A stretch of DNA of 64,000 nucleotides from contig JANRKS010000040.1 in NCBI GenBank assembly GCA_033763315.1, positions 32,001 through 96,000 on the forward strand. Reading direction: 5' to 3'. This DNA is from Deltaproteobacteria bacterium (GTDB lineage: Bacteria > Myxococcota_A > Polyangia > Fen-1088). How positions within the stretch are numbered: the stretch's first letter is position 1; each line of letters opens with the position of its first letter. Below the pieces are notes generated by a model. That model did not search any database. It was not told where the DNA came from and saw only the letters and a list, made by a program, of their open reading frames with translations. Positions 49,826 through 58,965 of the stretch are shown piece by piece. The position numbers and the translations under genes were made by a program.

Positions 49826-50356
49826 CTAAACTAGAACGCCGATGCGCTCAGCATAGACGCGCAACTGCGAAAGGTATAACGCGGCCTCGGGGGTGCCTTC
49901 GGCGGGCGCCCACGCGGGGAACGTTTTATCGTTGCTGGCCGTGTAGGGGCCCGTTTTCACCTCATAGACAGTGGTGTCAGGCTCTAAGGCCACGAAGCTG
50001 TGGAAGATGCCGGGCACTAGGTCCACGCCAAACACCTCGCCACCCGCCTCCGCACGCACACAGTGATCGATGGTGCCATCTTCAGTGAATGTGAAGAACA
50101 GGAGCGCGCCAGCCAGCAACACCCAAGCTTCCGCTTTCGGCGGATCCAAGTGACGGTGGGGGCGAACGTAACTGTCGGGCTGTGCAACGTTAAGCATGCG
50201 GTGCAAGGGGTCGGCGTCGCTCTTATGGAACGGAGCAATGATGCGACGGCGCGGACTTTGTCGCGACAGTTCGCACGCTTGGTTCAGCATTTTCCGAGAC
50301 AACAATGCCAAATCACCCGACGGGGGTGGCAGCGCGAGAGGAAATGGACGGCTCAT
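49826..50356 (-). CDS. WbuC-family cupin metalloprotein
   Basis: SPRRR...H...RMLN..QPDSYVRPHRH..KAE, FHSFVAL...YEVKTGPY. Confidence 0.88.
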   Translation of the reverse strand: MSRPFPLALPPPSGDLALLSRKMLNQACELSRQSPRRRIIAPFHKSDADPLHRMLNVAQPDSYVRPHRHLDPPKAEAWVLLAGALLFFTFTEDGTIDHCVRAEAGGEVFGVDLVPGIFHSFVALEPDTTVYEVKTGPYTASNDKTFPAWAPAEGTPEAALYLSQLRVYAERIGVLV

Positions 50357-50457
50357 GCAGGCATCACAGCACAGCGCAAGCGTGCGCGCGATAACAAAGG
50401 TGATCCCCTGCCCCGGGCTCTCGGGCAGCCGGCGCGCGGTTGTGGCTGATGAAGACG

Positions 50458-51219
50458 TTAGCGAAGCCGGCGCAAGCCTTGGCGTGCTTTGCGCGCGTGC
50501 CAGCCACGCGGGGCCAAGGCGAGGTACTGGCGGTAGGCCGAAGCCGCCGCATCGAGGTTGCCTTCGTGTTCAGCGGCATAGGCCACGATCACGTAAGCTT
50601 CGGGCAATTCAGCGTTGAGCTCGAGTGCCTTTTGCGCCCACGCAGCCGCTTCGTTGATTTGCCCGTGGCGGTAGATCTCTTTGGCAAGCACCAAGGCTGT
50701 TGCAGCCTCAGGATGTGCCTCGAAGGCGGCCGTGCACGTTTCGATGATTTGCTTTGACGTTTGCGTTTTCGCGGCGCTGGCGCAATCGGTTCCAATGGGC
50801 GTCGGCGCAACGGGGACGGCCTGCGCAGCCACCGGCTCGGGTGCAACCGTTTCCACGCGGGCGGGCACGGGCGCCGAAGCGCTCTCTGAGGGGGCGGCCA
50901 CGGGCGCGGGGGCGGCCACGGGCGCGGGCTCTGCCACAGGCGCCGGGGCGGCAGCAACCACCTCGGCCGCTGGCGGCGAGGGAACCTTCACCGTCTCTTT
51001 ATTGCGAAAGCGCGTGCTGATGCCCCACACCGCAGCCATCGTGAGGCCGGCGCACGCAAGCGTCAGCAACCGATCCCGCCGCACGCGGTTTCTTTGCGCT
51101 CGCCGTGCGGCGGCCAAAGCCTGCAGGGACGCCTGCACCGCCTCGTTTACCGAGCCCGCGGGCGTGCGCCCGGTGTTCGAAGCCGAGGCCGTTGACGTTT
51201 CCGTTGCGTTCGTCTCCAT
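50458..51219 (-). CDS. Membrane-anchored TPR protein with Ala/Pro linker
   Basis: TM helix, APAPVA repeats, AQKALELN..LPEAY...AYRQYLALAP.G TPR. Confidence 0.8.
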   Translation of the reverse strand: METNATETSTASASNTGRTPAGSVNEAVQASLQALAAARRAQRNRVRRDRLLTLACAGLTMAAVWGISTRFRNKETVKVPSPPAAEVVAAAPAPVAEPAPVAAPAPVAAPSESASAPVPARVETVAPEPVAAQAVPVAPTPIGTDCASAAKTQTSKQIIETCTAAFEAHPEAATALVLAKEIYRHGQINEAAAWAQKALELNAELPEAYVIVAYAAEHEGNLDAAASAYRQYLALAPRGWHARKARQGLRRLR

Positions 51220-51344
51220 GCCGTTAATGTGGGGCCCAAGCGGCGCAGAAATCAAAAAAGCGAACATTGTCACCACTGGGGTGGTCTGGGGGTCGGCCGA
51301 GACATGCCCCCGCAGCGACGCCCACTCCTGGCCCAGCGTTTAGT

Positions 51345-52505
51345 TCAGCGGACCAACGCAGCCTCAATCCGTGGTTGAAGTTCTACAAACAGATCGTGAC
51401 CCACGGTCAAAGACTTGCGGATCAAAAGCACAGCCGCGTAATCGTGGCTGGCGTCGATCCAGGGATAGGTGCCGAAAGCGCCCGGATCACTCCAGATCAC
51501 ACCGCCTTTTTCACGCCACCAACCCAACCCGTACCCTTCGGCCTGCGACAAAGGCGAACCGCTTTGGTCCAAGGCGCCGATGTGGTTGGTCAGGATCGTG
51601 GTGACGGTGGAAGATGTAAGCACACGAACATCACCACAGCGTCCCCCGTTAACAAACACGCTTAAAAAGCGCGCGTAATCCACCAGGCTGGCGGCGGCAC
51701 CACCGGCGATGCGTGGATTGATGTCGCTGCCCAAGTTGTTGCGCGGCGAAGCGGCGAAGCTCAACGTTTCGGCCTCACACGGCGCTGACAACGCTTCGCT
51801 GAACAAGGTGTTCCAGGGCTTTCCGCTCGCCACCTCGGCCATGCGCCCCGCCACCTGAAAGCTGGCGCCACCATAAACGAAGGCCGGTGGGGTTTGCAGC
51901 CTGGCGCCCAAGATCTCTTTCGCACACGCCGCCAGCGTCAGGCTGTCACTGGCGAGGCAGGTGGCATTTCCCGGCAAGCCCGAGGTATGCGAAAGCAATT
52001 CGCGCAAAGAGATCTGTGCTTTGTCTGCAGGTGCGTCCGTGAGCACCTCCCCAACCTTTGCATCCAACGAGAGCGTGCCACGTTCCACCAACGACATAAT
52101 CGCCAAGGCTGAAGGAGCCTTCGAGGCGGACGCCAACTCAACCACGGAGGCGTTGGTTTGGTTGCCGAAACTCTCCAACAACAGCGGTGGGCAGCCTTTG
52201 CGCAACACTGCTAGCCCGGCCCCGTTGATCTTCTTCGATGCAACGGCTTGTATGAGCACAGCGCGTGCCGCGGAAAAATCGAAGGCACCACAACGACCAA
52301 CGCTTGGTGGTGCGTCATAACCAGCGTCGGCGGGGGAGAGTGCGTCGTTGCTTGGCCCATCGGAAGCCCCCACCGCGCCATCGGCGCCGCCGTCCTCGAT
52401 CACCGCGGCATCATCGACGTTCGACGAATGATCGGTTCCACCACAGGAGGCGCTCAGGAAGCTTGCTGCGAGAACACCGGTGAACAATGTGGTTGACGAA
52501 GTCAT
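51345..52505 (-). CDS. Serine hydrolase (beta-lactamase class C-like) lipoprotein
   Basis: LSASC lipobox; ASASK (SxxK); LLSHTSGL; FVYG; YGLGWW; PGAFG. Confidence 0.88.
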   Translation of the reverse strand: MTSSTTLFTGVLAASFLSASCGGTDHSSNVDDAAVIEDGGADGAVGASDGPSNDALSPADAGYDAPPSVGRCGAFDFSAARAVLIQAVASKKINGAGLAVLRKGCPPLLLESFGNQTNASVVELASASKAPSALAIMSLVERGTLSLDAKVGEVLTDAPADKAQISLRELLSHTSGLPGNATCLASDSLTLAACAKEILGARLQTPPAFVYGGASFQVAGRMAEVASGKPWNTLFSEALSAPCEAETLSFAASPRNNLGSDINPRIAGGAAASLVDYARFLSVFVNGGRCGDVRVLTSSTVTTILTNHIGALDQSGSPLSQAEGYGLGWWREKGGVIWSDPGAFGTYPWIDASHDYAAVLLIRKSLTVGHDLFVELQPRIEAALVR

Positions 52506-52596
52506 GGCTGAACTTGACGATGACACAGCCGGGGCCGCTCAGTATACAGAGGCTGTCCACCGGCCGGCGACATTGGGATCGCCCGAACGTGCTCCG

Positions 52597-54111
52597 CTAC
52601 CGGTAGCCCAGCTTGTGCAACATCTGTTCGGCTCCCGCGGCCTCAGACGACTGCGGGAATTTGCGCAACAGTGTGCGTAGATGCGTTTCAGCCGCGTCAT
52701 AGTCTTTGCGTACATCGGTGTAGAGGCGCGCCAAGAGGAACAGAGCGCGCGCGGCCAGGGGATCGTTGATGTACGCAATTTTCTTGAGCGTGCCTATGGC
52801 CAGCGAGGTTTGACGTTCGCGAGCCAGCAAAGCGCCCAACGTAAATACAGCGGAAGGGGGCAGCAAGGCGGCCAAGCGATCGGGATCGGTGCGAAACAGT
52901 TGCAGCGCCATGCCTGTGTCTTTGTTCGCCAACGCTGCGAGTACAGGGCCGGTGGGACCGGTGGCTACGCGATTGGAAAGCGGTATTTCGGCACTCTCCT
53001 GCATCTCGGGCCAAAGGGGCGCCGAAGGAGCAGCGCCTTCTTGCACGGCTTCGTCCATGAAGGGCAACATTGTTGGCAACGATGCGGGCCGAACTGCGAC
53101 CAACGGCGCTGACGCGGGTTGCATTTTCTCGGGCTTCTCACCGCGTGGTTCCACGCCGGGCAAAGCCGGCGTCATATAGGTTCCTTCGTCGCCCCAATCA
53201 AGGAGGTGCCCGTGAACGAACAGCACCTGGCCCAGCACAAACGCTCCGACGAAATCCGGACCCAACCCAACGAATTGTGCAAGCCAACGCGGAAAAAACG
53301 GAATGGGAACCGCGCGATTAAAGGCCTCCCCCGCTCGCGACAGTGACACGTCCAGCACCAACAAACCGAGCAACGTTAGCAGCACGAGTGCGTAGTCTCT
53401 GCCCACGCGATAGATGTAAACGAAGATCCGAAGTGGGTTGAGGATGCCAAGCACACCCACCTCGGTTGCAGCGGCCACCAATGCCATCGGCGCATAAATG
53501 AGGCCCATTGCCACCGCGATGAAGTAGATGGGCTCAGCGTAGGTTTGCGTGTCGAACAAGTCCCAAAACCCGACACCTTTCGCCGCAAACGCATACACCA
53601 TCGGAAACAGCCACACGATCCACGTGCTGAGGACGCCCTTGACGGCCGGCATCACAAGGTCGTCGCTCACGGATCGAAAGTCAGGCACCCCCATCCTCTC
53701 GCGGCCATCGCCAGAGGTGCGAATCAGAAACAACATGTAGCTCCAATAGCCGCCCAGATAAAGCACAAGCGCGCGAACGCCTGAAAGGTATCCAATCAGC
53801 GTGAGGTAAAGCGAGAGCGCCACCATGGCAAACAGGGTGCTTGGTGCGCCGATCGCTTTGAACGCGCCAGTGATGCGCGAGGAGAACATCACCGCAGCGC
53901 CACCTGGAACCATCAGAGTGGTTGCGTACCCCCCGCAGTGAACACACAAAGCAATCGAGTTGTCAGACGACGTCGTTGCTTTCGCCGCACAATCGGGACA
54001 CAAGCGTGAGTCGCATTGCGAGCACATCCACCCCGCCATGACCTGCGTGTGTCTTTTGCAGTTCCGCATCCCGCCCGGTACCGCTGCATGGCTGGTAGCT
54101 TTTCCACTCAC
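52597..54111 (-). CDS. B-box-like Zn finger, multi-TM (DUF4013-like) and TPR protein
   Basis: CKRH...CSQC...CPDC...CVHC N-terminus; several TM helices; C-terminal ARALFLLARLY...FPQS TPR. Confidence 0.78.
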   Translation of the reverse strand: MSGKATSHAAVPGGMRNCKRHTQVMAGWMCSQCDSRLCPDCAAKATTSSDNSIALCVHCGGYATTLMVPGGAAVMFSSRITGAFKAIGAPSTLFAMVALSLYLTLIGYLSGVRALVLYLGGYWSYMLFLIRTSGDGRERMGVPDFRSVSDDLVMPAVKGVLSTWIVWLFPMVYAFAAKGVGFWDLFDTQTYAEPIYFIAVAMGLIYAPMALVAAATEVGVLGILNPLRIFVYIYRVGRDYALVLLTLLGLLVLDVSLSRAGEAFNRAVPIPFFPRWLAQFVGLGPDFVGAFVLGQVLFVHGHLLDWGDEGTYMTPALPGVEPRGEKPEKMQPASAPLVAVRPASLPTMLPFMDEAVQEGAAPSAPLWPEMQESAEIPLSNRVATGPTGPVLAALANKDTGMALQLFRTDPDRLAALLPPSAVFTLGALLARERQTSLAIGTLKKIAYINDPLAARALFLLARLYTDVRKDYDAAETHLRTLLRKFPQSSEAAGAEQMLHKLGYR

Positions 54112-54370
54112 GTCTCTATCTTCGCCCGCCTTGGCAGCACCTTCAACTAAGCGTCACCGAATTTTGAGGTGTCGGTCGAAATCAACGACAGGCGAGCCAT
54201 AAGCGACGCTCTCTGGACGGGGACGCCTAACCTCCACGAATTCAGACGGCCTCTTCACTTTGTGGCGTTTCAGCAGCCACAAAGAATGCGACACGGAAGC
54301 AACCACATCCTCATGTAGTCGTACGCGGTTGCATTTATCCAAAGCGTGCGTTTCAAGAAAGGACAACAAC

Positions 54371-54871
54371 ATGACCATGACGAAAGCCTTAATGTTTGGT
54401 GCCACAGCGCTTTTGGCGGTGGCGCACACTTCTGGTGCTCAGGCCTCCTTAACCGTACAGCACGCCAGTGTTTCGATGCCTGGTACAGCTTGTAAGCCCG
54501 CAAATGGCGCGGCGACCAACGTGCAATATGGAACAGAGTTGTGGGCACCGAGCGGTGGCACCGTAATATGTCCGCTCACGCTTCGCACAAAAACCGGTCA
54601 GGAGCAAAACGTTGGGAATCCGACTGTACGCATAGGCAGCAACAACCCCGTTTCCTGCACGGCTTACGGGGTAAACTTGTGGGGCGAGGTTCTGTTCACG
54701 CAAACGCAAACGGCGTCTCAGGCCGGGTGGCGTAAGACGGTGAACTTCACAGGTCCCGCCACCAATGCGCCCGCGGGTAGTCCCTATGACCTTTCTTACT
54801 TTGTGATGTGTAATTTGCCCCCAGCCTCCGCTGTCTACAGCGTCACCTGGTACGAGTATCAAGCGGACTGA
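54371..54871 (+). CDS. Secreted hypothetical protein with paired cysteines
   Basis: AAGGA RBS; signal peptide AQA; MPGTAC, VICPL, VSCT, MCNLP. Confidence 0.78.
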   Translation: MTMTKALMFGATALLAVAHTSGAQASLTVQHASVSMPGTACKPANGAATNVQYGTELWAPSGGTVICPLTLRTKTGQEQNVGNPTVRIGSNNPVSCTAYGVNLWGEVLFTQTQTASQAGWRKTVNFTGPATNAPAGSPYDLSYFVMCNLPPASAVYSVTWYEYQAD

Positions 54872-54965
54872 ACGTCCCAAAGTCTTCAAGAATAAAGCGC
54901 TGCGACCATGTGGCGCACAGGCGGCCGAGGCGTGCGACGACGGCCTTCGCATCAAACACCTCCAG

Positions 54966-55160
54966 CTGGTGCATGGCTAACCCGCACGCGGCCGCAATTA
55001 CAAAAATAGGGAATCCGGTGTGAATTTGGCGCTGCCCCGCAGAGGTAACCGCAATCTCGAGTATTTCGTATCCGCACACCGTCGACCTTACGCTGGCGTG
55101 CGAACAACGAAGGCGGGCGGCACTCCGGTGCCGGCGCCCAATAGAGCCCGTTAACCTACG
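54966..55160 (+). promoter_or_regulatory. Cobalamin-riboswitch-like element (possibly degenerate)
   Basis: AGGGAATCCGGTGTGAATTTGGCGCTGCCCCGCAGAGGTAA (55008-55048) matches the B12-element core; CCGG/TTGG still pairs through G-U; weak B12-box-like AGCCCGTTAACCT at about 55145. Confidence 0.55.
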
Positions 55161-55204
55161 GGCAAAGGGCCGCTGTTGAAGCTTGATCCGCCGTAGCCAA
55201 ATTC

Positions 55205-55324
55205 TTTGTCGGTGCGGATCATTTCGGATTTGGTTCGTTGGCTCGCGCCCGCTGGCGTTGGTGGCACCATCGCCTGGGCGTTCGCGGGCGGCGGAGGCAA
55301 AGCGTCGCAGAACAGCTTGTTGCG
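55205..55324 (-). pseudogene. Short remnant resembling a DUF1588-type segment
   Basis: Translates as RNKLFCDALPPPPANAQAMVPPTPAGASQRTKSEMIRTDK, with an in-frame stop immediately upstream. Confidence 0.4.
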
Positions 55325-55700
55325 TCATCGCGTCCATTTGAACCACCGCCCTCGTCGCCTCCACGTCCCTCATCGACTGTGGCCCGCTCCGAAACCGTGC
55401 CGGCACGCTACGGTCAATTCCAAAACGGCGCCGCACAACACTGGCCGGAACAAACTTGGCTTCACGACAGCCTCCTAGAGCGGAAACGGCTTCCCAACAT
55501 GCATGCGTTCTTGCTGCCACAAATTCAACTGCGAATCAAATAGGTCCGTATTGAAACCAACGGTCCAATGAATTCGCTCTCACGGCGAAATGGGCTCAGA
55601 TCCTTTTTCTGTAAGGCTGGGACGCCCAGGGGCAAGACCTCTTGGAAAAGCGAATTCGCCTGGTGCCTAGGGCGTTCAGGCCTACCCTCGGGAGGTTCAG

Positions 55701-56660
55701 ATGATCAATCGTTCCATGTATTTCGCCGCTATGCTCGTGGTTGGTGGCAGTGGCTGTGACGTCTACCGGGACGTGCTGGAAAAAGCGGTGCAGGGCGAAC
55801 ACCAAGGTGGTGGTAAAGACACCTCCCCTCCTCCTCCTTTGCCCCCTGTGGCCCCCACAACATGTGGCTGCGACGAGCTCGGGGCCGCCGCCTATGACAG
55901 TTGCATGGCGCAGGTGAAGGATCTGTCACAGCAAGGGGAATGCGGAACGCGCTACCAGGATCTAGCGATCGCTTGCCTCAACAATTGCAAGGAATCGGTG
56001 TGTTCCGGTGCCAAAGGCCTGGGCTACTACGCGTTCGATTCAGACGGGGGCGGTTACGGCCACACCGAGAACATTCCCTGCAACGATGCCTTGGCGAACT
56101 GCCTGCTTAACAGCTACGTCAACGGCGCGCCGTTGCACTGCACGTGGAACGACATCGAATTGCTCGGCTCAGGATCTAATCCGCCCGCACCGCCGGCCGC
56201 GGTTGATGTGTACTGCGACGGTGGCTATAGGCCCGAAGTTGAAACGTTCTCAAGCTCGGCACAAGAAGGACGTTTAGACATCGTTCGCATCTACGAAAGC
56301 CGCGGCGACCACCGTGGCGCAGATTACCACCCGATGGGTGATGTCAAAGTGTCCATCGACAACGGGTTCACCACCACGCTCGTGCTCTCGTCTTATGAGC
56401 CCACCCGTTGGCACGTGGGAGGCCCGGGCGAATCTTCACTTCGCCGCATCATCGTCACGGGCTACCAAGAGCAAGACGTTGTGGCGCCTTCAGGCGTGCA
56501 AATCGAACGTCACGTGGGCAGCGACGCTTGGTGGGAGTTGGCAAGCAAGGATGGCCCCTCAGGGAAGGAAAACTTGATCACCGCGTCTACGGAGGCAGCG
56601 CATGTCAAACCAACCACGATCAGTTACTGCTACCGCGCCAACGCCTTCTCGTTGCGCTAA
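55701..56660 (+). CDS. Cys-rich hypothetical lipoprotein
   Basis: GGGAGG RBS; GGSGC lipobox; C-terminal IVRIYE...LVLSSYEPTRWHV...IIVTGYQEQ domain. Confidence 0.8.
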   Translation: MINRSMYFAAMLVVGGSGCDVYRDVLEKAVQGEHQGGGKDTSPPPPLPPVAPTTCGCDELGAAAYDSCMAQVKDLSQQGECGTRYQDLAIACLNNCKESVCSGAKGLGYYAFDSDGGGYGHTENIPCNDALANCLLNSYVNGAPLHCTWNDIELLGSGSNPPAPPAAVDVYCDGGYRPEVETFSSSAQEGRLDIVRIYESRGDHRGADYHPMGDVKVSIDNGFTTTLVLSSYEPTRWHVGGPGESSLRRIIVTGYQEQDVVAPSGVQIERHVGSDAWWELASKDGPSGKENLITASTEAAHVKPTTISYCYRANAFSLR

Positions 56661-56675
56661 GTGAGGCTTAACTTA

Positions 56676-56710
56676 AAAAGGCGCCGCTGCATAAGCGGCG
56701 CTTTGCTTTT
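56676..56710 (+). terminator. Intrinsic terminator
   Basis: AAAAGGCGCCGCT-GCATA-AGCGGCGCTTTGCTTTT. Confidence 0.65.
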
Positions 56711-56769
56711 CCCGAATAGGGAGTGGGGGTTGCATTCGCGACCCGGCCGGACCATCGTAGCCGTAACCT

Positions 56770-57654
56770 ATGAAGACGAGCACCCCCACGAGCATCGAGA
56801 TCATCTTCGACGCTGCCGCACATGATTTAGGCGGGTTCACTGTGCGCCGAGCATTGCCCACGGCGGCACGGCGAATGGTGGGCCCGTTTACGTTCTTTGA
56901 TCACATGGGCCCGGGTGTATTTGCTCCGGGCCACGGCATCGACGTGCGGCCACATCCACACATCGGCCTCGCCACCGTGACGTATCTGTTCGATGGCGAA
57001 ATTTTTCACCGCGACAGCCTTGGCTCGGCACAGGCCATTCGTCCGGGTGACATCAACTGGATGAATGCAGGCCGCGGCATCGTTCATTCGGAACGCACGT
57101 CGGCAACGGTGCGTGAACGCGGCTCAAACATCTCGGGCCTGCAGTTGTGGGTGGCCTTGCCGACCGCGCACGAAGAAAGTGAGCCCACGTTTGCGCATCA
57201 CCCGGCCGCCACTTTGCCGCAAACACAGCGTGACGGTGTAGCGATCAAGTTGCTCGCAGGCAGCGCCTATGGTCTTACGTCGCCGGTGGCGACATTGTCG
57301 CCGCTGTTTTACGTGGACGTGCACATGAGCGAAGGCAGCCGGTTGCCGTTGCCCGCTGAACACGAAGAGCGCGCCCTGTATGTGATAGACGGGGCGGTTG
57401 ATTGCGACGGTCTGCGCGTGGAACCTGGAAAGCTCGTCGTGTTCAGCAAGGACGCGCAACTTGATCTACGCGCGTTGTCGCCCACGCGGCTGGTTCAGAT
57501 TGGCGGGGCCCCGCTCGATGGCAAGCGAACCATATTCTGGAACTTCGTCTCCAGCTCAAAGGCGCGCATCGATCAAGCGGCCGAAGATTGGAAAGCAGGC
57601 CGCTTCCCCAAGGTGCCGGGCGACGAGATCGAATTTATTCCCTTGCCTGCATGA
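56770..57654 (+). CDS. Pirin family protein
   Basis: VGPFTFFDH, HPHIGLATVTYLFDG, HRDS, GIVHSE, QLWVALP, WNFV. Confidence 0.95.
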   Translation: MKTSTPTSIEIIFDAAAHDLGGFTVRRALPTAARRMVGPFTFFDHMGPGVFAPGHGIDVRPHPHIGLATVTYLFDGEIFHRDSLGSAQAIRPGDINWMNAGRGIVHSERTSATVRERGSNISGLQLWVALPTAHEESEPTFAHHPAATLPQTQRDGVAIKLLAGSAYGLTSPVATLSPLFYVDVHMSEGSRLPLPAEHEERALYVIDGAVDCDGLRVEPGKLVVFSKDAQLDLRALSPTRLVQIGGAPLDGKRTIFWNFVSSSKARIDQAAEDWKAGRFPKVPGDEIEFIPLPA

Positions 57655-57667
57655 CACCGCTTTGCTT

Positions 57668-58186
57668 TCAACGCGCCACGGGCACGTCAATGCGTGTGCC
57701 GTCAAACGTCTGCTGCAGTTCGCAGCCACTGATGCCGGGACACGCGGCGTCCGTGCGGATGATGTGAGTGATCCGTCCATCGCGCAAGCGGTCGGACTGC
57801 ACGCGCGCCGTTACGCGCACTTCGCGGCGGTAGGTGCAGCCGCGCAACATTTCATCTTTGGCGCCCAACAAAGTTAGGGACAGCTCGTCGCCTTCGATGC
57901 GGCCGGTCAGGGTTGATGAACCCACGCCCAACCAGAAGGCCAAGCCCAATATGCCTTGCAGCTCCGCAGACACCTGCTCATTGTCTTCCCCAAACTGTTG
58001 CAGTTTGATCTCGAAGGAAGACACCGCACCCGGCATCCACCCGTCTGTCATACAAGCGTCGCTGCCGTTCTTGATGCTCATGCTCCACGTGCCCGAGACA
58101 GGTGCGTTCTGCAAAGGTGGCACCCCCAGCCAACAGCCCGCACTCGTGGCCAGTGCCACAAGCGCCCCAACGCCGCGTACGCTCAT
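57668..58186 (-). CDS. Hypothetical lipoprotein
   Basis: TSAGC lipobox; VSGTWS beta-rich domain with paired Cys; TGATG overlap with the upstream gene. Confidence 0.72.
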   Translation of the reverse strand: MSVRGVGALVALATSAGCWLGVPPLQNAPVSGTWSMSIKNGSDACMTDGWMPGAVSSFEIKLQQFGEDNEQVSAELQGILGLAFWLGVGSSTLTGRIEGDELSLTLLGAKDEMLRGCTYRREVRVTARVQSDRLRDGRITHIIRTDAACPGISGCELQQTFDGTRIDVPVAR

Positions 58187-58965
58187 CAATAGGCCCCTCC
58201 CAAAAACAAGCCGTTGCCGCTGAAACCCACAGACACGTTGATGCCTGGTTCGGACTTCACTTTGTGAAAGCCCCAAAGCGCCAGGCCAGCGCCCACAGCG
58301 GTCACCGCGAATGCAGCCGTGGTTAATTGCCCCCACAGCACCGCGTCGCTTCGCAACGAGGCTCCGTTCTTTCCGCCATCGATGAATTCGTTGCGCTTTG
58401 ACAAAAACATCCATCCGCTGATCCCAGCCGCCACCGCAGACGCGCCGGCCACTGTCACACCGGTCCAGCCAACGGAATCTGACCTGTGTTTAGGCGACGC
58501 GGGCGGAGGGGGAGGTAAACTTGGCGCGGGTGCCATGGGAGCGGGCAAAATAGGCGGTGTGGGCTCGGCGGCCGCGGCCGGCTTTGAAGGAGAAGTCACG
58601 CCTTGTGCGTGGAGCTCCTTAACACGTTTGTCTGCGTGCCCACGTTGCGCTTCGCTGAGATCAGCCTGCGTCAAGGCTTCTTCATACGCGGCCAAGGCTC
58701 GCGGTCCATCGGCAAGCCGATCCCACGCCCGCGCGGCGTTGTAGATAGTGGGGCCACTTGGCAATAACTGATGGGCCTGCTCGAACGAATGTCCCGCCAC
58801 CGCATAATCACCGCGCAGAAATGCGTCTTGCCCTGCGCGAAAAAATTGTGCCGCCTGCTCTCGATCGGCCTTGTCTATTGGATCAGGCGCAGCGGCGGCA
58901 TGTGCGGTGAAGATCACAACCGCATAAGAAGCGAAGAACGCGGCAAGAATGAAACGCAATCTCAT
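58186..58965 (-). CDS. Secreted TPR protein with C-terminal membrane segments
   Basis: Signal peptide; FRAGQDAF..GDY..A..FEQA...YNAARA TPR; Pro linker; C-terminal hydrophobic helices. Confidence 0.82.
   Translation of the reverse strand: MRLRFILAAFFASYAVVIFTAHAAAAPDPIDKADREQAAQFFRAGQDAFLRGDYAVAGHSFEQAHQLLPSGPTIYNAARAWDRLADGPRALAAYEEALTQADLSEAQRGHADKRVKELHAQGVTSPSKPAAAAEPTPPILPAPMAPAPSLPPPPPASPKHRSDSVGWTGVTVAGASAVAAGISGWMFLSKRNEFIDGGKNGASLRSDAVLWGQLTTAAFAVTAVGAGLALWGFHKVKSEPGINVSVGFSGNGLFLGGAY

Noticed and set aside
50885-50960. GC-rich tandem repeats (also 63522-63552)
   Set aside because: Low-complexity linker codons (APAPVA; SLNKASLNK).
54318-54333. Sigma54-like site upstream of the 54371 gene (TCGTACGCGGTTGCA)
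   Set aside because: Lacks the invariant GG at -24.
54843-55520. 225-aa minus-strand ORF spanning the long intergenic gap
   Set aside because: No coherent domain; it overlaps the riboswitch-like element and a more protein-like remnant in another frame.
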